From Minisyncoccota bacterium (GTDB lineage: Bacteria; Patescibacteriota; Minisyncoccia; Phycocordibacterales; SBAW01), in the NCBI GenBank assembly GCA_035546615.1, contig DASZWM010000005.1, forward strand, positions 1 to 64,000: 64,000 nt of DNA. The letters are read 5' to 3'. The notes under the pieces were generated by a model. It had not been told where the DNA came from. It saw only the letters and a list, made by a program, of their open reading frames with translations, and did no database searches. The position numbers and the translations under genes were made by a program. Below are positions 45,716 to 54,563 of this stretch, piece after piece (the first letter of the stretch is position 1; every line of letters begins with the position of its first letter).

Positions 45716-48700
45716 GTGAGCTTCAAGTGCTTGAAGAAATATTTTTTTCTCCTTCCGCTGCTTGTTTTTATAGGTCCTGCGCCCTTTGTCATGGCCGCCC
45801 CCACGTTTCAAGTGGGGCCGATTTACCTCACTACGACAAGCGCGTCAAACCAAACCTGGCCCGTGCCTTCTGACTGGAACAATGCGAGCAACATCGTGCA
45901 GGTTATTGCGGCTGGAGGAGGCGGGGGCGGAGTCGCCAGCAACACGACGGGGAGCGGCGGGGGCGGCGGGGGCGGCGGATATTCAAAATCGACAAATATT
46001 ACCCTTTCCGGTTCATCGGTAACGTATCGTCTTGCGCCCGGCGGCGCCGGCGGAGGATCGTCGGCTGCGGTTGCCGGAGGCGATGCATGGTTTAACGGCA
46101 CCACATGCGCGGCTGCCTCCGTCTGCGCGAAAGGCGGAGGGGCAGGGGGCGCAGGCACAGGCGGAGGGGGAGGCGCCGCGGGCGCAGGCGGGCCGGCTAC
46201 AGGAGGAGTCGCGTCAGGCACCGGCTCAATAAAAAATAACGGCGGCGCAGGCGGGGCAGGCACAGGTGTTTCCGCCGGCGGCGGAGGGGGCGGCGCGGGC
46301 GGCCCAAACGCCGCCGGCGGGACTGGCAATCGCACCAATGGCGGGCAAGGGGACGGCACTGCAGGCGGCGCCGGCGGGATGACAAGCCTCATCAGGGCCG
46401 CGTCTGCTGGAAGCCCAGGAACTGAATTTTCATCCTCGCCCGCGTACGGGTCCGGCGGCGGCGGCGGAGGTTCTAGATACGCAGCGGACGCGGCAGCGGG
46501 AGGCACGTACGGCGCGGGCGGCGGCGGAGCTTTTGCTGCCTCCTCCGGTACCCTCCGCCGCGGAGGAGCCGGCGCTCCCGGGCTTATTGTGATTAATTAC
46601 AGCGCACCTCTTACCGTTTCCATTACCGCGCCGACCAACAGCGGCAACGCATGTATTGGCACGCCCGGTGCATTTACCATCAGCCGCAACGGGCCGGCAA
46701 CTTGGCCTGCAGTGCCGGTTGATCTTATATACGGCGGAAGCGGGAGCACCGCGGCTGCGGGGATAGACTACTCCGCTGCTGCGACAACGGTCACCATACC
46801 GGCAAATACCATGTCTATAACGCTTCCCATTACCGCGCTTCAAAAAACATCGGGCGGCAGCACTACGCTCAAGGCGACCATAGCCGCATCCTCGGCCTAT
46901 TCCGTCGGTACGCCAGCGAGCGCCACAATAGTTATTAACAATGGGACTCCGGCGATTGAGACAGTCGCCCCCTACACGATCGCTCCTTTTGCTGCTTACC
47001 CATTGCCCTACAATGGCTACATTTATCACCAAAATGGCGGTTCCGGCTACACTAATCCATTTGCCACTCCCGCAAGCATTCTTAATACATGGATCAGCAA
47101 TAGCCCTTCGCCCCAACTATGCGGCGCCAACGGCGGTACGGCCGGTATATCGCTTCCTAGTGACACGGCACAGGGCGTATGCATGGGTCCTAATTTCTCC
47201 GGCACTGTAGCAGGCACCCGGGTTGCGGTCCTGCAGGCGGTAGCGCAGACTGCAGGCATTCCTCCGGTTAATGTCGGCCTCGATCTCACGAATGTCAAAA
47301 AAACAAATCCTTGCAACACTTCAACAACGCACTGGGCGTACGCTACTGCGCCGACACAAAATACGCCCGCCGCGACGCTTAAGGTCCCTAAATACACACC
47401 GGTCCAGTTCTCTTATCAATGTTTGCCGAACCAGAATTATGTTTGGTTTAACGCCGCATGCCAAGGCGCTTACATTATTAGCTGCCTTAGCTGGACGCTT
47501 GTTACCGATGGCGACCTCAATGTCCAGACAGCGGATCGAGCGTGGTACAAGGGCACTGAAACGGCGAACCTTATCGACAGTTCTACGCAGACATTCAGCA
47601 ATTCGCAGAGCGTTACGCTCCAATGCGGCGGCTATCAGCCTCAAGAAGGGATTCCCGCAAACGGCGGTTCTCCGCCAGCTGCATCCTCCGGCACTGCTCC
47701 TACTGGAGGCAGCTACACGGTATACGGTATGCAGAATCCTTCCTATCGGCAGCCGCAAATACAAGTTGACGTACAGACATGCTCGGATCCTACCGCTATC
47801 GTACAGGGCGGTGCGTGCGTTCCGTGCAATACGGTAACTTCGGGCAGTTATCGTTCGGGTAATACCTGCGTCTTGTATCCGCCCCCGACGGCGACTATCC
47901 AAGCCAATAACGCCGGTTTTCAAGCGGCAGACAGCAGCGGCAACAAGAACGGAAAATTAGTTTCAGTTGGGGCGGGACAGCAAGTAACTGTAGCCGCCAC
48001 GTATGCTGGCAGTACCAATCAAACTCAAAAAACCGTCTTTATTACTGCCGCAGGTTCTGGCGTATGGACCGTGCCAAGCGATTGGAACAGCGCCAATAAC
48101 AGCATCGAGGTTATAGGCGGCGGCGGCACGGCGGCTTTTACGGGAGGCCGAGGCGGCGGGGGCGGCGGCGGCGCGTATTCAAAAAAGACTAATATTTCCC
48201 TCACGCCTGGCGCGCCTGTGACATATAGGGTGGGTCAAGGTGCGGCCCAAGGGAGTCCGGCCGCTCCGGGTGACGATACTTTTTTTAACCGGACCGCCGG
48301 TTCCTCAAATACCTGCGCCGATACGGTTTCGGTATGTGCCAAGGGCGGAAACAGCGGCAATGGCAACAATGGTGGAGCTGGAGGCGCTGCGAGTGGCGGC
48401 GTCGGCACTGTTAAATATTCGGGGGGCGCCGGCGCTTACGGCGATAATAACAATTCCGGCAACGGCGGCGGCGCAGGAGGTCCCAACGGGAATGGTCAAG
48501 CGGGAGACAGTGGCGGCGCAGGGGATGCGGGGCTTGGCGGCGCGGGCAGCGGTTGTGGCAACCCACCTGCGGCTGGGGGGAATGGTGCCGAGTGGATTGC
48601 TACCAATGTGTGGAGTGGCACTGCATACACGGGCGCAACGCCGACGGGCGGCTCCGGCGGGGGCGGCGGGTGCCGCTCATCCATTGCCGCTCCGGGCGGT

Positions 48701-49552
48701 AACGGCGGTTTGTATGGCGGCGGAGGCGGCTCCGGCGGAGGCAGCCAGAGCAATGAAGGAGTCGGGGCTCAGGGCATTATCGTAATCAAATATACCTCAA
48801 CCGGCGACCCTCTTGAGGCTACCGCTATCAATTGCGACTCGGGATGCGATTCACAGGACGGTGATACTGTTAACTGTAACCTTGTTGCTCCTCCCAATCC
48901 GCCGGCGGCTCCTGATCCAAACTGTTGGCGGAAACCCGATGCGACAAAGACGTATACCTTTACGCCGGCATCAGCAGACGCGGGAAAGACGTTTGTATTT
49001 TCCGCACAGGCAAAAACTTTTAACTACATCAACTATAACGGCTACGCTACCGTGCAGGTGCGGGTATGCCCGATCGGTCAGGGAACGGACGGCAACGGCG
49101 GATGTATTGCGGACGCATGCACCAACAATATCGTATTCCCAGGCAGCCAGACGACAGTACCCGCAGGATGTACGGGTAATCCGGACAATACGTGCAGCGT
49201 GCCCACCGGCTATGCGTTCAACGGCGCGGCCTGCGTCCCTTCAGCTCCGTCGGTTCCGACCCTTAGCCAAAACTCATTTACCGCCACCCGCGTACGTATG
49301 GGGGCGGCATCGACGCTTTCATGGAACATACCGGGTATGGCGAGCGGCATTACATGCGATATCAGTCCTGCGGATAAATTGCAGAGCCCGATGCCTGCCT
49401 GGACAAGCGGCTCTACTTGGATCGGCTCGGTACAGACGACCAGCATATACGGGCCCACCAAATATACGCTCACGTGCACTAACAGCACGACCGACCCGCC
49501 GGCCACCCGCAGCGTCATCGTCAACATCATCCCTGCGTATCAGGAGATATAG
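45716..49552 (+). CDS. Giant (1278 aa) secreted glycine-rich / Cys-rich surface protein with two internally duplicated Gly-rich modules and a C-terminal domain shared with the 42132 paralog.
   Basis: Signal peptide MSFKCLKKYFFLLPLLVFIGPAPFVMAAP. Module 1 (aa about 40-300) and module 2 (aa about 770-1010) both begin W(P/T)VPSDWN…IEVIGGGG…YSK(K)TNI(T/S)L…VTYR… and end …G(A/G)(P/Q)G(L/I)IVI(N/K)Y. The C-terminus …STLSWNIPGMASGITCDISPADKLQSPMPAWTSGSTW…YTLTCTN…IPAYQEI matches the paralog. Confidence 0.7.
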   Translation: MSFKCLKKYFFLLPLLVFIGPAPFVMAAPTFQVGPIYLTTTSASNQTWPVPSDWNNASNIVQVIAAGGGGGGVASNTTGSGGGGGGGGYSKSTNITLSGSSVTYRLAPGGAGGGSSAAVAGGDAWFNGTTCAAASVCAKGGGAGGAGTGGGGGAAGAGGPATGGVASGTGSIKNNGGAGGAGTGVSAGGGGGGAGGPNAAGGTGNRTNGGQGDGTAGGAGGMTSLIRAASAGSPGTEFSSSPAYGSGGGGGGSRYAADAAAGGTYGAGGGGAFAASSGTLRRGGAGAPGLIVINYSAPLTVSITAPTNSGNACIGTPGAFTISRNGPATWPAVPVDLIYGGSGSTAAAGIDYSAAATTVTIPANTMSITLPITALQKTSGGSTTLKATIAASSAYSVGTPASATIVINNGTPAIETVAPYTIAPFAAYPLPYNGYIYHQNGGSGYTNPFATPASILNTWISNSPSPQLCGANGGTAGISLPSDTAQGVCMGPNFSGTVAGTRVAVLQAVAQTAGIPPVNVGLDLTNVKKTNPCNTSTTHWAYATAPTQNTPAATLKVPKYTPVQFSYQCLPNQNYVWFNAACQGAYIISCLSWTLVTDGDLNVQTADRAWYKGTETANLIDSSTQTFSNSQSVTLQCGGYQPQEGIPANGGSPPAASSGTAPTGGSYTVYGMQNPSYRQPQIQVDVQTCSDPTAIVQGGACVPCNTVTSGSYRSGNTCVLYPPPTATIQANNAGFQAADSSGNKNGKLVSVGAGQQVTVAATYAGSTNQTQKTVFITAAGSGVWTVPSDWNSANNSIEVIGGGGTAAFTGGRGGGGGGGAYSKKTNISLTPGAPVTYRVGQGAAQGSPAAPGDDTFFNRTAGSSNTCADTVSVCAKGGNSGNGNNGGAGGAASGGVGTVKYSGGAGAYGDNNNSGNGGGAGGPNGNGQAGDSGGAGDAGLGGAGSGCGNPPAAGGNGAEWIATNVWSGTAYTGATPTGGSGGGGGCRSSIAAPGGNGGLYGGGGGSGGGSQSNEGVGAQGIIVIKYTSTGDPLEATAINCDSGCDSQDGDTVNCNLVAPPNPPAAPDPNCWRKPDATKTYTFTPASADAGKTFVFSAQAKTFNYINYNGYATVQVRVCPIGQGTDGNGGCIADACTNNIVFPGSQTTVPAGCTGNPDNTCSVPTGYAFNGAACVPSAPSVPTLSQNSFTATRVRMGAASTLSWNIPGMASGITCDISPADKLQSPMPAWTSGSTWIGSVQTTSIYGPTKYTLTCTNSTTDPPATRSVIVNIIPAYQEI

Positions 49553-49590
49553 CGGGAGGAGGAATTTTGCTCCGCTTAGCACACAAGCGC

Positions 49591-49618
49591 AAAACCTGCC
49601 GCAGGGCAGGTTGTTGCG
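49591..49618 (+). terminator. Rho-independent terminator after the giant surface-protein gene.
   Basis: aacctgcc-gcag-ggcaggtt is an 8-bp perfect stem, followed by a T-rich run (ttgttgcg). Confidence 0.5.
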
Positions 49619-49625
49619 TCTAGTG

Positions 49626-49697
49626 TGCTCCCGGTAGGAATCGAACCTACATCACGAACTCCGCAAGCTCGTGTCCTATCCATTGAACGACGGGAGC
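49626..49697 (-). tRNA. tRNA-Arg (anticodon read as GCG).
   Basis: Reverse complement folds as acceptor GCUCCCG/CGGGAGC, D-arm GUUCAAUGGAUAGGAC, anticodon stem CGAGC/GUUCG with loop UUGCGGA, T-arm GUAGGUUCGAUUCCUAC, discriminator A. The isotype call rests on the loop register. Confidence 0.6.
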
Positions 49698-49739
49698 GCT
49701 CAATAACTCCTTGAGCTTACAACGAAAATTAGCTTTTTT

Positions 49740-50210
49740 CTAGAGGCCGAAGATCTCGGCTACGTGCTCGCCCACGTGCGGGCCCTGCTCCTCTTCCTGC
49801 ACCCGGGTTTTGAGATGCTCGCGCACGTCGGCGCCCTGCTGGGCGCTGTCGAGTATCAAAGAGAAGTGGGGAGCAAGAACTCCGCGCATTGTCATGAAAA
49901 GCCGGGGATTTTCCTGGTCATGCTCGACCCAGAACGTGTGTATGGCTGAATAGGGGTAGCGCGTGCCGTCTACCGACAGGCCGCGGTCGTCCATATGGAC
50001 CGAGTGCTCGCGGGGGCCGCGCGCGGCGAGAAAGCCTATCGACAGCGCGCCTATTGCGATAATAACGGCGAAAAGAAAGTTGCCGAAGAATACCGCAGCT
50101 ACTCCGCCCGCGAGCGCGATAACGCCCAAGCCCCAGTACCAGTCGGTGCTGCGCTCGCGGTGCTCGTGCGTCGTAACGCTCCATTCCATGCGCTCCGTAG
50201 TGCCTGGCAT
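49740..50210 (-). CDS. Hypothetical membrane protein with 2 TM helices and a cytoplasmic PH-like (YdbS/YdbT-type) domain.
   Basis: TM pair WGLGVIALAGGVAAVFFGNFLFAVIIAIGALSIGFL, followed by an approx 90-aa soluble domain. 156 aa. Confidence 0.45.
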   Translation of the reverse strand: MPGTTERMEWSVTTHEHRERSTDWYWGLGVIALAGGVAAVFFGNFLFAVIIAIGALSIGFLAARGPREHSVHMDDRGLSVDGTRYPYSAIHTFWVEHDQENPRLFMTMRGVLAPHFSLILDSAQQGADVREHLKTRVQEEEQGPHVGEHVAEIFGL

Positions 50211-50254
50211 ATCGTCTTCAGTATACCATCACGCAACTGGTATACTTTTAAGAT

Positions 50255-51067
50255 ATGAAGACAATCAAACTAAACGAGGATGCGAATATCCCCGTGCTCG
50301 GCCTGGGCACGTGGCAGCTGACGGGGGATGCGTGCACGGAAGCCGTCCGCTACGCGCTTGAGCTCGGCTACACGCATATCGATACCGCCGATGTGTATGG
50401 TAATCATGCGGAAGTGGCGAGCGGCGCTAAAGCCTCCGGCGTCGCACGGGAGAAGTTCTTCCTTACCACCAAGGTGTGGCGCACCGACTTGGCGCACGAC
50501 CCGCTTGTGGAGAGCGCGGACCGCTTTCTTGAAGAGCTCGCTACCGACTATATCGACCTCCTCCTTATTCACTGGCCTAACAGCGAGATTCCTGTCGAGG
50601 CCAGTCTTAGGGCGATGGAGGAGCTTAAGCGCGCCGGAAAGGTGCGCGCGATAGGCGTTTCTAACTTTACTGTTCATCACCTTAAGGACGCACTTGAAGC
50701 CGGGGTTGAAATAACCAACAACCAAGTAGAGATACGTCCCGCCTTCGCGCAAAAAGAACTGCGTGATTTCTGTGCTTCCAAGGATATTTCCGTAACCGCG
50801 TACTCGAGCCTGCGCGGCGGTGCTAATGAATTGCCGCTTATCGTGGAATTGGCAGGGAAGTACGGCAAGACTGCTTCGCAGATAATCCTCAACTGGGTTG
50901 TGGCTCGCGGCATGATAGCGATACCTAAGAGCTCGCACCCGGAGCGCATTAAAGAGAATTTCGAGTCAGTAGATTTCGAAATGGAAGAAGCGGACCTCGC
51001 GCGCATAGATGCGCTGCCGGAAGGGAAGCGGGTTAATACGCCGGCCTTCGGGGAATTCGATTATTGA
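50255..51067 (+). CDS. Aldo/keto reductase (2,5-diketo-D-gluconate reductase-like).
   Basis: AKR motifs IPVLGLGTW, GYTHIDTADVYGNH, LLLIHWP and IGVSNF. 270 aa. Confidence 0.85.
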   Translation: MKTIKLNEDANIPVLGLGTWQLTGDACTEAVRYALELGYTHIDTADVYGNHAEVASGAKASGVAREKFFLTTKVWRTDLAHDPLVESADRFLEELATDYIDLLLIHWPNSEIPVEASLRAMEELKRAGKVRAIGVSNFTVHHLKDALEAGVEITNNQVEIRPAFAQKELRDFCASKDISVTAYSSLRGGANELPLIVELAGKYGKTASQIILNWVVARGMIAIPKSSHPERIKENFESVDFEMEEADLARIDALPEGKRVNTPAFGEFDY

Positions 51068-51414
51068 GAAAAGTTTTTGCCGATGGCATTCCACGGCAGT
51101 TTCATGCCTGATTCCGGAAACTTGTCGAGAATCCATTGTACGTAAGTATTACTGTTGGGACCACGCAAGCCGTATTTCTCTTTAAAAGGATATTGATCTA
51201 CAGAAGAAGTAATACAGTCAGCCATTCGCTCCGCAGTGGAACCATCTGCACCTTCGACAGTATCTACTATTGCAGAATTCCAGTGGAAGTAATGAACAAA
51301 AGCGAATGTCTGTATCCCGTCGGTAGGGGAAAGTAAGTCTGCGTCGAGATGGCCCCAGCTTTTGTCGCGAATCTGTCGTCCGAATCCTATTTCCCAGCGT
51401 GATATAGCGCCTTT
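51061..51414 (-). pseudogene. 5'-truncated gene remnant (117 codons open, no start codon), low GC.
   Basis: Minus-strand frame is open from a TAA at 51417..51415 to a TAA at 51063..51061. It encodes a protein-like sequence (…WGHLDADLLSPTDGIQTFAFVHYFHWNSAIVDTVEGADGS…YGLRGPNSNTYVQWILDKFPESGMKLPW…) but has no ATG/GTG/TTG near its 5' end. It lies adjacent to the HNH endonuclease and tRNA-Ser. Confidence 0.35.
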
Positions 51415-51544
51415 TTATTCACGACGAACCAAGGATGGATAGCAAAGTTAAAAGGGATACAGGCAGGACATGCAAAAAGAAATACCTGATATAAGTCTTT
51501 CTTTAAGAGTTTCTGGAACTCGGCTTCGGTCATATTTCCAAACT

Positions 51545-51631
51545 TTGGCGGAGGGGGTGAGATTCGAACTCACGGTACCTTGCGGTACTCTTGTTTTCAA
51601 GACAAGTGCACTCGGCCTCTATGCGACCCCT
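51545..51631 (-). tRNA. tRNA-Ser (anticodon TGA), long variable arm, CCA encoded.
   Basis: Reverse complement: acceptor GGAGGGG/CCCCUCC, anticodon stem CUUGU/ACAAG with loop CUUGAAA, long variable arm AGUACCGCAAGGUACC, T-arm GUGAGUUCGAAUCUCAC, then G + CCA. Confidence 0.8.
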
Positions 51632-52113
51632 CCCTGGCGATTTTGTATCTTACCACTGTACCAGTTATTTTCTAGGTAATGTTCCTCTGAGTGACAATTT
51701 GGACAAAGTAGTTCCAGGTTATCCAGCGTATTGTGTTGCCGGTTTCTGTCTTTGTGATGTACGTTTAATATCTCATACCTTGCATATCCGCATCGTTCGC
51801 AAATGGGGCCTCGCAGTTTCAACAGACGAAGTTTCAAGCCTCGCTGGTATACAACTTTGTCCTTAGGCGCTCGACCTTTGTATTTTATTCCTGCACGGTT
51901 GGTATTGGCGCAGCCTCTGCTACATGTATTTTTGTTTGCACTAGAGAGAATAGGTTTACCGCAGACAACACAAGGGTGTTCTTTTCGAGTAGCTAGTCCA
52001 TAACAGGTTTGACTGCAAAATACTCGACCTTGTTTAATTTGACCCGGTCGTCTATAGATTGGTTTGCCACAAACTGTGCATGCAGTATTGGGATTTCTTT
52101 TATACTCATCCAC
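51619..52113 (-). CDS. HNH endonuclease, on a low-GC gene.
   Basis: Zn-finger-like CxxC pairs (CTVCGKP; CVVCGKP; CERCGYARY). HNH motif ILNVHHKDRNRQHNTLDNLELLCPNCH. GC is lower than the genome average. The last 13 nt overlap the 5' end of tRNA-Ser. Confidence 0.75.
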   Translation of the reverse strand: MDEYKRNPNTACTVCGKPIYRRPGQIKQGRVFCSQTCYGLATRKEHPCVVCGKPILSSANKNTCSRGCANTNRAGIKYKGRAPKDKVVYQRGLKLRLLKLRGPICERCGYARYEILNVHHKDRNRQHNTLDNLELLCPNCHSEEHYLENNWYSGKIQNRQGGVA

Positions 52114-52172
52114 TAATCCAGTATACCAATTCTTAGTATGGCAGGCAATACACTTTTTCCTGTCCGTAGGCT

Positions 52173-52847
52173 ATGCTCGAAGGGAACATGGATATCCAGA
52201 TTGAGCGGCTGAAGAAAAATATAGACAAATTACAGAAGACGCATGGCCACCCGGACTATACAGCCTTGTACGGGACTGGCTGTATCGATCATCCGGACCT
52301 TTTTCTTATTCTTATGAATCCGACCGCACGCAATATATCCGTGCACAAGGATTGGAAGGGTCTTAAGGCTTCCTGGCTCGGGACAAAGAACTTTTGGAAG
52401 ATACTCTATAAACTCGAACTGATCTCGGCCAAAACTTTTGCAGCTACCCAGGAACGCGCCCCGGCCGAATGGGACAATGATTTCTGCGTCGCGGTGTATA
52501 CGGAGCTGGCGCGCAACAAGGTTTTTATCACCAACTTAGGCCGTTCAACCCAGCCTGACGCTCGACCACTCCCTGACGCGGTATATAAAGCGTGCGTTGC
52601 GCTCACCCAGGAAGAGATAAACGCAGTGAAGCCTAAAGTGGTCGTTCTCTTCGGGAATCAAGTAAGCTCAGCTTTGCTTGAAACACCGATCAAGGTTTCT
52701 GAAACCCGCAAGAAACGTTTTGATCTTGAGATAGGCGGTACGGTGTATCCCGTATATGCCACCTATTACCCGGTCGGCATGGGATTTATGAATGCCGATA
52801 AGACGATCGAAGATGTTCGCTGGATTCGCAAGGCGCATTCACGATAG
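52173..52847 (+). CDS. Putative uracil-DNA glycosylase superfamily protein (family 4/5-like).
   Basis: 224 aa with UDG-like layout (…LFLILMNPTARN…, …VFITNLGRST…, …VVVLFGNQVSS…). The motif match is approximate. Confidence 0.4.
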   Translation: MLEGNMDIQIERLKKNIDKLQKTHGHPDYTALYGTGCIDHPDLFLILMNPTARNISVHKDWKGLKASWLGTKNFWKILYKLELISAKTFAATQERAPAEWDNDFCVAVYTELARNKVFITNLGRSTQPDARPLPDAVYKACVALTQEEINAVKPKVVVLFGNQVSSALLETPIKVSETRKKRFDLEIGGTVYPVYATYYPVGMGFMNADKTIEDVRWIRKAHSR

Positions 52848-52858
52848 ACTTACTTAGC

Positions 52859-53281
52859 ATGAAATATCTCGGCATAGATTACGGGACCAAGCGCATCGGC
52901 GTAGCTGTCTCTGATGATGGGGGCGTGGTAGCATTTCCCCTCACGACCCTGAAGAGCGATAGGGACGCGGCAGGGGAGGTTGCCGCGCTTGCCAAGAGCC
53001 GCGAGGTCGGAACAATCGTCATCGGCGAGTCTCGCAATTTTCAGAACGAGCCCAACCCTGTGATGGAGGATATTGAGCAGTTCAAAAAAGACATTGCCAA
53101 CCTGACAGGTCTGCCTGTGGAATACGAACGGGAGTTTTTTACCAGCACGCAGGCGGCGCGGCAGTTTGCGCCCGACGGCTCGCGCAAAGACAATCCTTCG
53201 CAGGAAAAGCTGGATGCATCGGCTGCAGCCTTGATTTTACAGGGGTATTTAGACAGAATAGGTGCTAAGAAGCCCATATAG
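52859..53281 (+). CDS. ruvX: Putative pre-16S rRNA nuclease / Holliday junction resolvase-like YqgF (RuvX).
   Basis: MKYLGIDYGTKRIGVAVSD is the canonical YqgF N-terminus. 140 aa. Confidence 0.85.
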   Translation: MKYLGIDYGTKRIGVAVSDDGGVVAFPLTTLKSDRDAAGEVAALAKSREVGTIVIGESRNFQNEPNPVMEDIEQFKKDIANLTGLPVEYEREFFTSTQAARQFAPDGSRKDNPSQEKLDASAAALILQGYLDRIGAKKPI

Positions 53282-53345
53282 TCGTCGCTCGCTCGGAAAT
53301 TAAAGTAAAACTTTATTTCTCTCACTCGCTAGACTATTAAAAACA

Positions 53346-53675
53346 ATGGAACCAATTAGCATAGACGATTTCAAAAAGATAGAGATCCGCATCGGAGAGA
53401 TAAAGAGCGCGGAGAAGATAGAAGGGAGCGACAAGCTCCTGAAGCTTAAGGTTATGTTCGGCGAAGAAGAGCGTCAGGTGCTTTCCGGCATCTCGGCGTA
53501 TTTTCCCAACCCGGAGGACTTGGTGGGGAAGAAGTGCCCGTTCGTTACCAACCTGGCGCCGCGCACCATGATGGGGCTTGAGAGCCAGGCGATGATATTG
53601 GCAACCGGCGGCGACGGCGAAACGCCGTTCGCTCTGTTCGAAACCTCGGGCGCTTCCGGCGCGCGCGTCCGCTAA
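53346..53675 (+). CDS. tRNA-binding protein (CsaA/Trbp111/EMAP-like OB-fold domain).
   Basis: DFKKIEIRIGEIKSAEKIEGSDKLLKLKV…GEEERQVLSGI is the classic tRNA-binding domain signature. 109 aa. Confidence 0.75.
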   Translation: MEPISIDDFKKIEIRIGEIKSAEKIEGSDKLLKLKVMFGEEERQVLSGISAYFPNPEDLVGKKCPFVTNLAPRTMMGLESQAMILATGGDGETPFALFETSGASGARVR

Positions 53676-53678
53676 TTC

Positions 53679-54269
53679 ATGCTTGAGCGACTGCATGAGT
53701 GGAAGGATTCTGCATGGCAGAAATTCATAGTGCTGGCGCAAGGCCCGCATGCGCTCTTCTGGCTCGGCGTATGCGCGCTGACCGATCCGATATTCTTTCC
53801 CATACCGCCGGAGGCATACCTTGCCGCGCTGATCTTGGCTCACCCCAAACGTTTTAATCTATATTTGGGTATTGCCGCCGTCTTTTCGGTACTGGGTGCG
53901 GCACTCGGCTATTTTGTAGGAGCATTTGTATTCCACCAGTTCGGGATGCCGCTCCTCCATTTCTATCACCTGGAGCCCGCATTCCTGCAGGCGCAGGAGC
54001 TTATAAAGGGCGGCGTGTTCGTCGGCATGATATTGGTGGCCTTCCAGCTGATTCCGGAGAAGGTATTCGTGCTCGCGGCGGGCTTCTTGGGAGCGCCGTT
54101 CTTTCCGTTTTTAGCGGGATTCCTGGTGGGCCGCGTGGCGCGTCTTGCCCTTATCGCATATCTCACGAAACGGTTCGGCGCGGACGTAGTGCTGCTTATA
54201 AAGCGGTACTTCCTCGCCGCGACTGTTTTGTTCTTGCTCGCAATAGCGTATTATTTCCTAGTGAAGTGA
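53679..54269 (+). CDS. DedA/YqaA-like membrane protein.
   Basis: Four to five TM helices. FFPIPPEAYLAALIL resembles the conserved YqaA/DedA N-terminal motif. 196 aa. Confidence 0.45.
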   Translation: MLERLHEWKDSAWQKFIVLAQGPHALFWLGVCALTDPIFFPIPPEAYLAALILAHPKRFNLYLGIAAVFSVLGAALGYFVGAFVFHQFGMPLLHFYHLEPAFLQAQELIKGGVFVGMILVAFQLIPEKVFVLAAGFLGAPFFPFLAGFLVGRVARLALIAYLTKRFGADVVLLIKRYFLAATVLFLLAIAYYFLVK

Positions 54270-54374
54270 GTGAAGGAAAGCTCGCTTTATTTCCGAACGA
54301 AAGGACGGAAATATGAATGTACTCGTTCATATGCTATTGTGCATTTCCGCCTGCTGCTTTTGTAGGGGGACAAT

Positions 54375-54446
54375 GCCTTCGTAGCTCAACGGATAGAGCC
54401 GCGCTCTTCTAAGGCGTTGATGTAGGTTCGATTCCTACCGAAGGCA
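54375..54446 (+). tRNA. tRNA-Arg (anticodon TCT).
   Basis: Acceptor GCCUUCG/CGAAGGC, D-arm GCUCAACGGAUAGAGC, anticodon loop CUUCUAA, T-arm GUAGGUUCGAUUCCUAC, discriminator A. Confidence 0.8.
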
Positions 54447-54563
54447 CAAATAGTGCGGGGCACTATTTGTGAGCCGCAGGCGCGACGGCGCCGAGGCGGG
54501 GTCGCGGAAATTTTCAGCAGAAAATTATCTGTGACCAAATAGCGGAGAATAAGATAACAGCAC

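Noticed and set aside
45823-47116. Minus-strand ORFs of 227 and 228 aa rich in Pro/Ala/Arg.
   Set aside because: They are antisense of the glycine-rich modules of the 45716-49552 gene.
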